The translations under genes were made by a program, and so were the position numbers. This document shows, piece by piece, positions 57,515 through 64,000 of a stretch of DNA of 64,000 nt; the first letter of the stretch is position 1; each line of letters opens with the position of its first letter. Origin of the DNA: an uncultured cyanobacterium (lineage in GTDB: Bacteria; Cyanobacteriota; Cyanobacteriia; Pseudanabaenales; Pseudanabaenaceae); NCBI GenBank assembly GCA_963703315.1, contig OY969811.1, positions 3,424,001 through 3,488,000 of the forward strand, given 5' to 3'. The notes beneath the pieces were generated by a model that was given only the letters and a program-made list of their open reading frames with translations, was not told where the DNA came from and ran no database searches.

Positions 57515-60500
57515 CTACTGATGCTCAATGGGTAAAGAGATAACAAACTCTGTGCCTTTGCCTATTTCCGAGTTGACAAGAATTGAACCCTGATGCTTAT
57601 CAACAATAATTTGCTGGGCGATCGCTAAGCCTAACCCCGTTCCCTTGCCAACCTCTTTCGTCGTAAATAAATGATCAAAAATATGTTCTCTTATCTCTTC
57701 GCTCATGCCTTTGCCATTGTCCGCAATCTGAATCTTTACTTGCTGCTCAGCAACCGAGGTACGAATGGTAATCCGATTAGGATTGGCTAAGAGATCGTTA
57801 TAACTACTGCCTTGATTGGATTCTTCGATCGCATCGATCGCATTGGCTAAGAGGTTCATAAAGACTTGATTGAGTTGACCTGCAAAGCATTCCACCTGTG
57901 GTAAATTACCATATTCCTTAATTACTTGAATTTCTGGGCGATCGCTATCGGCTTTGAGGCGATGTTTGAGAATCAAGATCGTACTATCAATCCCATCATG
58001 GATATTGTAAGCAACGGGGCGATCGCTATCGGCACGAGAAAAGGTTCTCAGACTATTACTAATATCGCGAATTCGTTTGATACCTTCACGCATGGAACCG
58101 ACTAACTTTGGCAAATCCTCGCGAATGTACTCCAGATCAATATTTTCGATTTCACTTTGGATATCAGGATCGGAATTGGGATATTTCTGCTGATAGAGAT
58201 CAAGCAAGCCAAAGAGATCATTGATGTAATCTAAAGCTGGTCTAATGTTGCCTCCAAGAAAGCCAATCGGATTATTGATTTCGTGGGCTACCCCAGCCAC
58301 TAAGTTACCTAAGGCGGACATTTTTTCGCCTTGAATGAGTTGTAACTGCGTTTGTTGAAGTTGGCGTAAAGCTTGCTCTAACTCTTCAGACTTTTGCTGA
58401 CGCTCTAGCTCGATCCGCTTGCGTTCGGTAATATCCTGTACCATCGAATATGCCCCCACTAGATTTCCCTTTTCATCTAGTAAGGGCGTATTAATCCATT
58501 CACAAATGATGGTTCGACCATCCTTTGTCAAGTTCTCATTGCTGTTATAAATGCCGCCTTGCTGATTAATCAGATTTTGGAATATTTTAATGACATCAGC
58601 ATGACTAGCTTCAGGCACAATTGTCAAGCCGTGACCATGTAAAATTTCACTAGCTTGGTAACCAAAGATTCTTTCTGCGGCGGCGTTCCAACTAGTAACT
58701 CTAAAATCGGTATCCCATTCAATTAATGCCACTGGTGTACGTTCAATCAAGAACATTAACTTGGCTCGAAACTTCTCTAGTTCTCTAGCTGATTGTTGAA
58801 TAATTTGTGCTTTTTCCTGCTCGTTGGCATAGAGACGCGCATTTTGTAAAGAAATAGCTGCTTGCACACAAATAGAGTTCAGAACTTTGACGCGATCGCT
58901 GGTAAATGCTCCCACCGTCAAATTATTTTCTAAGTATAAAATTGCAATCAATTTTCCTTGATTGAGAATTGGATTACATAAAACACTTTTGGGCTGTTGA
59001 GCGCGAATATAGGGATCATTGGCGAAACTCGGATGTAAGGTAGCATCCCAAATTACTAGAGGATTAATTGTATTTTTAACCGTATTAATCAAAGCCAATG
59101 GTACTAATTGACCATCATCAATGGGAATAGACTGCATAATTTGCTCAGGTTGTCCCAATTGAGATAATGCTTCAATTACCCATTCATGCTCTGATGAATG
59201 ACTATTGGGCATTAATAACACACACTTATCTGCACCCGCATTCTCAGTAACAATATGGAGTAAGGTCGAAAGCAATTTTTCTAATTCAATGGCACTAGAG
59301 AGACTTTGAGAAGCTTGGAGAATGGTCGATAGATCAAGGGATTCAGAAATATTTGTACTACTAGTAGAAGCTTTACTCGCATGGGAGGGAGCAGTAAAGA
59401 TCGTTTCTGTGGAATTAAAAGACTGCTGTTGGCGTTGGAGAATCGGCAACAGAAGCTGTGGGTAACGCATTTCTAAATCCTCCACCTTGGCTTTTGCTCC
59501 CCAACGGCTATAGGCATAGTAGGCCTCGGTCATATAGGACTGAGCAATTTTTTCTTTACCCCATCCTAAATAGAACTTGGCGGCGAGTTCACAAGCTAAG
59601 GCTTCTTCTTGGATATATTGATGGTCTTGAGCTAGTTGGATTGCCAAATCATAGGCGGCGATCGCCTCAGCTTTATTCCCGATCGCACGGTAACGTTCTG
59701 CTTCTACCAATTGGAATTTGTGGGCATAGTTCATCGGTGCGTGCCTTGCCCACTCGGTCATGGATTTTTGATTTGCAGATACTCTGGTTAAGATTGCCGT
59801 TTGACTCGTATGTTCATCTGGATTTACTGGATCTAGATGATTACACAGCGCTAGATGAGCAAGAGAATCATAGAAGTTAAAGAAAGAACCTAAAACAAAT
59901 GCAGCACCGCTATCTAAATATTTCTTACATATGTCAGCGTAGTAGGTGGCTTTTTCCAAATCTTCCATGAGGTAATAGACCATTAACCGACTAATCGAAA
60001 ACATGAAAACCGTTGTGCGATCGTTGGCAGTCAAATAGTAATTTAGTAACTTCGGATCACTATAGTCATCATCGTGCCAACCCATTGGCGGCTGTGACTG
60101 TCCCATCAGCATTAAAACAGCCCAGCGAAACACCTCATTTTTATGTAAGATTGCGGACTGCTTCACGCCATTCATAACTTGGCTGTAATTCGCCATTTCT
60201 ACTTCAATGGCGGGTAAGTTCTGTCCTGATAGTAAAGAATGACAGCCATATTGAAACGATGAACGGGAAGCATACTCAAAATCACCGATTGCCATACCAC
60301 TTTGATAGCTATCTAGCAAAGGTTTTAAGGTTTGATGGAGATGCTCTTTGTGATAGCGAATAAATACATTAAAGGCAAAGATGGTTTTGGTCTCAAACTC
60401 TTTAGCATCAAATTTTTCCAACAGACTGAGTGCCAGTTGCCCAAATTGATAGCCTCCATCGATATCGCCCACCAGTCCTGCTAATACCAACCCATACCAA

Positions 60501-63394
60501 GCATAGGAAGATGCTGCCACAGGGGCATTACCATAGGCGACTAGTAGCTTGACCTGTTGCATTGCCAGTAATTGCGCGATGATTGGGGCAGCGTTGTAGG
60601 CACTAGTCATGGCACTGGACATGAGCATAATCGCCGCTAAAACACGAGGATCGGTGAGAGTCGGCAAGTCTATTAGGGACAAAGCTGATTTACCCTGTAA
60701 CTGTAGCTGCAATTCCCGATAACTTAGTTGCACATCGGCGGCTGTAGGCTGCGAGGGAAACTCAATTCCCAATCGCTTCAAAATCTCTAGGGTTGTATCA
60801 ACGGCTTGGCGCATCTCATTTTGAGCCGCACAGGCTTGAATTTTGATTTCATAGACCTTCACTTGATCAAGTATCGTTTGAGAATGTTTGACCACCACCT
60901 GCACCCATTGTTCCATCTCCTCAAATTCACCGTTGAGGTAGGCGACTTCGGTGGATTCTTCAAACAAGGCTAGGGTCAATGTATATTGTGTTTCCCAGCT
61001 ATCTGCTGCTAGTAAACTCCGTCCGATCGCACAATAATTAGCGGCGGCACTGTAGGCTGTAGACTGTTTAGCTTTACGAGATGCTGATAAATTCAATTGG
61101 GCAAGTTCTTCACGCTCGACGGCATTATCAATTAAATCGATCGCTGTATTCAAATGATTGACCAGTTCAAATAGACGTTCTTCTCGTTCGGTGGGGCTGC
61201 TATGCTGCAAAAGGCGTTGACCAATACGGTAATGAATCAGCGTGCGTTGTTGAGGTTGAATCAGGGAATAGGCAGCTTGCTGGACGCGGTCATGGAGAAA
61301 TCGATAGTTAACCGCGATCTCCTGAGCCTTGACTTGGTTTTGTACCTTAGAACGTTGTTGGGCAGATTCACCTACCTCAGAATGAAAGAATTTGTACACA
61401 TCATTTTGAGGCAGTACTAAGCCTTCTTGCAGCGATCGCCATAGATCATCTGCGGTCTCTGTTTCTGATTTCTGATGAACGATCGCCAATGTTGCGAGAT
61501 CAAACTGTGCGCCAATACAAGCCGCTAATTGGAGAACCTCTTGAGTTTCTATTGGCAATTTCTGTAATTGGATTGCCATGAATTCCACGACATCATCAGT
61601 GGTTGCCAAAGATTTGATTTGAGCAATATCACATTGCCAATAGCGTGCTTCTAGATCAAAGGCAATCTGTCCAGATTCATTCAATGATTTGAGAAACTGG
61701 GTAGCAAAGAAAGGATTGCCTTGGGTTTTTTGAACTACTAATTTTGTGAGGACATGGGCATAGTCGCGATCGCAATTGAGGGTATCGGCAACTAATTGAT
61801 TCATGTGATCTAAGCTCAAGGGTTGCAACGTAATTGTGTTCACAATTGCCCCCATCTTGTGCAGTTTTTCTAAGGTAATCACAAAGGGATGCGTCGCCGA
61901 AATTTCATTATCGCGGTAAGCCCCAATCACTAACAAATGTCCTGAATCTTGAATTAGCAATTGCATTAACTTCAATGATGCAGAATCTGCCCACTGCAAA
62001 TCATCTAAGAACATCACCAGAGGATGGGCGGCACAGGTAAATACCTGTACAAATTTCTGCATTAATAAATTAAAACGATTCTGCGCAGCATTGCCTGATA
62101 ACTCTTGAGAGATCGGTGGTTGAGAACCAATAATGCGTTCCAAATTAGGAATTACTTCAATTAACACCTGTCCGTTATCACCAACGGCGGCAAGAATTTT
62201 GTTTTTCCAAGTTTGCAGTTGGGCATCTGATTCTGCCAGCAGTTTGTCAATCAAATCATTAAACGCTTGTACAAACGCTGAAAAGGGAATATTGCGCTGA
62301 AACTGATCATATTTACCCTGAATAAAATAGCCGCGTTGTCTGGCAATGGGTTTATGAACTTCGTTGACCACTGTGGTTTTGCCAATACCTGAAAAGCCAG
62401 CAACAAGCAGCATTTCCGTATTCCCTTGACTGACTCGATCAAAGGCATTCAGCAATGTTTGCACTTCCTGTTCACGACCATAGAGTTTTTCAGGAATGAG
62501 AAAGCGATCGCTAATATCGCGCTCACCCAGCACAAAAGATCTAATTTCTTTAGAGTTTTGTAACTGTTCGAGACAAAACTCTAAGTCGGCTCTAATGCCC
62601 AATGCACTTTGATAGCGATTTTCGGCATTCTTCGCCATCAACTTACTTACGATTTCTGATAAAGCTACGGGAATTTTGGGATTAACCTGATGTACAGGAG
62701 TAGGATTTCTGGCTAAATGGCAATGGATTAATTCCATTGGATCATTTGATTCAAAAGGTAGCTTTTTGGTCAATAATTCGTAAAAAGTAATTCCTAATGA
62801 ATAAAAATCACTCCGATAATCAATACCACGATTCATCCGTCCAGTTTGCTCTGGAGACAGATAGGCAAGGGTTCCTTCTAAATTATTCGCATTTTGAATT
62901 TCTAAGGTTTCTCTAGGAAGTAGAGAGGCAATGCTAAAGTCAATGAGCTTGACCTGCTTAGTGATTGGGTTAACTAAAATATTGGCAGGTTTGATATCTT
63001 TATGAATGATCTTATTGAGATAGAGAATATCGAGGATGTCAGAGAGGGTAATGGCAACCTCCAAAAAATCACTTAAAGATATTTCTGCTTTCCCTTTAAT
63101 TGCCCATTCCTTTAGAGAAACCCCTCCAAAATCTTCCATAATGAGGGCATAGCTATTATGCTGTGGCTCTAAACTATAGGTGGTAATAATATTGGGAGAG
63201 TTGAGGTTTTTGGCGATCGCATATTGATTGCGGAATTGGGCTAACTCATTAAAACTAGGGTATTCATTGCGTAATAGCTTGATTACAACAGGTTGTTGAT
63301 CATGTTCTCGAATTCCTCGATACACTAAGGTTCTATGTCCTGCGTAAAGCTGCTCAGTAATCCGATAACCCGATAAGTTCGTGATTACATCCAT
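57515..63394 (-). CDS. Multidomain Ser/Thr kinase - AAA ATPase - GAF - PAS - histidine kinase
   Basis: HKDIKPAN, DFS, SPEQTGR; GFSGIGKT, FLDDLQWAD; YLENN GAF; VAHEINNP, NLLANA, DNGKG, GTGLGL. Confidence 0.95.
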   Translation of the reverse strand: MDVITNLSGYRITEQLYAGHRTLVYRGIREHDQQPVVIKLLRNEYPSFNELAQFRNQYAIAKNLNSPNIITTYSLEPQHNSYALIMEDFGGVSLKEWAIKGKAEISLSDFLEVAITLSDILDILYLNKIIHKDIKPANILVNPITKQVKLIDFSIASLLPRETLEIQNANNLEGTLAYLSPEQTGRMNRGIDYRSDFYSLGITFYELLTKKLPFESNDPMELIHCHLARNPTPVHQVNPKIPVALSEIVSKLMAKNAENRYQSALGIRADLEFCLEQLQNSKEIRSFVLGERDISDRFLIPEKLYGREQEVQTLLNAFDRVSQGNTEMLLVAGFSGIGKTTVVNEVHKPIARQRGYFIQGKYDQFQRNIPFSAFVQAFNDLIDKLLAESDAQLQTWKNKILAAVGDNGQVLIEVIPNLERIIGSQPPISQELSGNAAQNRFNLLMQKFVQVFTCAAHPLVMFLDDLQWADSASLKLMQLLIQDSGHLLVIGAYRDNEISATHPFVITLEKLHKMGAIVNTITLQPLSLDHMNQLVADTLNCDRDYAHVLTKLVVQKTQGNPFFATQFLKSLNESGQIAFDLEARYWQCDIAQIKSLATTDDVVEFMAIQLQKLPIETQEVLQLAACIGAQFDLATLAIVHQKSETETADDLWRSLQEGLVLPQNDVYKFFHSEVGESAQQRSKVQNQVKAQEIAVNYRFLHDRVQQAAYSLIQPQQRTLIHYRIGQRLLQHSSPTEREERLFELVNHLNTAIDLIDNAVEREELAQLNLSASRKAKQSTAYSAAANYCAIGRSLLAADSWETQYTLTLALFEESTEVAYLNGEFEEMEQWVQVVVKHSQTILDQVKVYEIKIQACAAQNEMRQAVDTTLEILKRLGIEFPSQPTAADVQLSYRELQLQLQGKSALSLIDLPTLTDPRVLAAIMLMSSAMTSAYNAAPIIAQLLAMQQVKLLVAYGNAPVAASSYAWYGLVLAGLVGDIDGGYQFGQLALSLLEKFDAKEFETKTIFAFNVFIRYHKEHLHQTLKPLLDSYQSGMAIGDFEYASRSSFQYGCHSLLSGQNLPAIEVEMANYSQVMNGVKQSAILHKNEVFRWAVLMLMGQSQPPMGWHDDDYSDPKLLNYYLTANDRTTVFMFSISRLMVYYLMEDLEKATYYADICKKYLDSGAAFVLGSFFNFYDSLAHLALCNHLDPVNPDEHTSQTAILTRVSANQKSMTEWARHAPMNYAHKFQLVEAERYRAIGNKAEAIAAYDLAIQLAQDHQYIQEEALACELAAKFYLGWGKEKIAQSYMTEAYYAYSRWGAKAKVEDLEMRYPQLLLPILQRQQQSFNSTETIFTAPSHASKASTSSTNISESLDLSTILQASQSLSSAIELEKLLSTLLHIVTENAGADKCVLLMPNSHSSEHEWVIEALSQLGQPEQIMQSIPIDDGQLVPLALINTVKNTINPLVIWDATLHPSFANDPYIRAQQPKSVLCNPILNQGKLIAILYLENNLTVGAFTSDRVKVLNSICVQAAISLQNARLYANEQEKAQIIQQSARELEKFRAKLMFLIERTPVALIEWDTDFRVTSWNAAAERIFGYQASEILHGHGLTIVPEASHADVIKIFQNLINQQGGIYNSNENLTKDGRTIICEWINTPLLDEKGNLVGAYSMVQDITERKRIELERQQKSEELEQALRQLQQTQLQLIQGEKMSALGNLVAGVAHEINNPIGFLGGNIRPALDYINDLFGLLDLYQQKYPNSDPDIQSEIENIDLEYIREDLPKLVGSMREGIKRIRDISNSLRTFSRADSDRPVAYNIHDGIDSTILILKHRLKADSDRPEIQVIKEYGNLPQVECFAGQLNQVFMNLLANAIDAIEESNQGSSYNDLLANPNRITIRTSVAEQQVKIQIADNGKGMSEEIREHIFDHLFTTKEVGKGTGLGLAIAQQIIVDKHQGSILVNSEIGKGTEFVISLPIEHQ

Positions 63395-63696
63395 AGCCTT
63401 CTCCCTTCTCCCTTTGCTAATTTGCGTTTCTAATTTGCGTTTCTAATTTGCCAGATGCTAGATGATACCCAAATGTCATATATATGCCCACCCTGACTTT
63501 TGTAGCAACACAGCGTCAACAGAAAAAGCTCTAAAAATTGTTAACTAGGCAAATCCTGATATTCAGAATCCAAGTTGATGAACTTTCTTAACTTAAATAG
63601 CCCGTAACTCTACAATCTTATTTGATTCTTGTCTATTTTTGTTGCTAAGTATAAATTTAGTTGCCTAAAAAGTAAAGGCAATCGCTACACCAATCG

Positions 63697-63822
63697 TCGG
63701 TGCAATTCATGAATTGCACCCAGAACGGGAGAAGGGGAGTAAGAGATTTTTCTTGTTCCCCTCTCCCTTTTTGGGAGAGGGGCTAGGGGTGAGGGTCTTA
63801 GAAAATTCTGCGTAAGTCCTGA
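63697..63822. repeat. Composite family-C element (gcaattcatgaattgc palindrome + ccctctccc hairpin + tgcgtaagtcct end)
   Basis: Shares parts with both the 20096 and 29284 elements. Confidence 0.7.
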
Positions 63823-63825
63823 TAT

Positions 63826-64000
63826 TTATGCTCTTTTTTGAGATTGCAAAACTTGTAAACTACCCCCCGCATAGAGTTGACAGGATTTAACTTGAAATCC
63901 TGACTTGATTAGTAGCTGCTGGAGGTCAGTTTTGAGCAATTGCCACGCGGTTTCCGTCTCAAATAACCATAGAAAAGTGGCGATCGGTAACCAAAATAGG
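63826..64000 (-). CDS. 3' end of a probable class I SAM-dependent methyltransferase (runs off the window)
   Basis: Frame reads ...FLWLFETETAWQLL...LYAGGSLQVLQSQKRA*, a C-terminus I recognise from cyanobacterial methyltransferases. Confidence 0.6.
   Translation of the reverse strand, partial: LFWLPIATFLWLFETETAWQLLKTDLQQLLIKSGFQVKSCQLYAGGSLQVLQSQKRA

Noticed and set aside
63417..63450. 13-bp tandem repeat ctaatttgcgttt upstream of the hybrid kinase
   Set aside because: Fewer than three copies and no second occurrence; likely simple slippage
63855..63905. gtaaactacccc...gttgac resembling the start of an IscB omega/HEARO RNA
   Set aside because: Lies within the minus-strand reading frame of the methyltransferase 3' end; no IscB nearby

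Overview
Cyanobacterial chromosomal segment: the HIP1 octamer GCGATCGC is very abundant and phycobilisome linker genes are present. A Pseudanabaena-like organism is my impression, not verified. Housekeeping genes include rnpB, galE, rimP-nusA-ylxR, cysK, mutT, pyrE, nadD-nrtR, acnB, tldD and a Na+/H+ antiporter. Accessory modules: (i) an exopolysaccharide/surface cluster (PEP-CTERM-type protein, GT4, HTH-NB-ARC-WD40 STAND protein, Wzc, HepC-like sugar transferase) with a shared ~11-bp-periodic TAAC motif upstream; (ii) cpcH/cpcI/cpcD-like linkers behind an L-box-like site; (iii) a PhnDCE-like ABC transporter; (iv) an ECF sigma/anti-sigma locus with two matching candidate promoters, a Met-rich lipoprotein, thioredoxin/CcdA and MsrPQ-like genes; (v) two arrays of toxin-antitoxin/defence genes (32.3-33.9 kb and 39.9-48.9 kb). 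The most striking signal is in the arrays. Their intergenic spacers are built from co-oriented, reused modules delimited by HIP1 octamers. Several stop codons overlap a HIP1 site, one gene is cut at a degenerate HIP1, and an ISAs1 element sits inside one module. This looks like an integron-like cassette array with no integrase in the window. The larger array starts with an AbiF-type HEPN gene preceded by a candidate structured RNA. Many MITE/REP-like palindromes with GC-GNA-GC or GC-AAA-GC loops are scattered through the window. No CRISPR array, tRNA or rRNA was seen. All protein calls come from motif recognition, not database searches.
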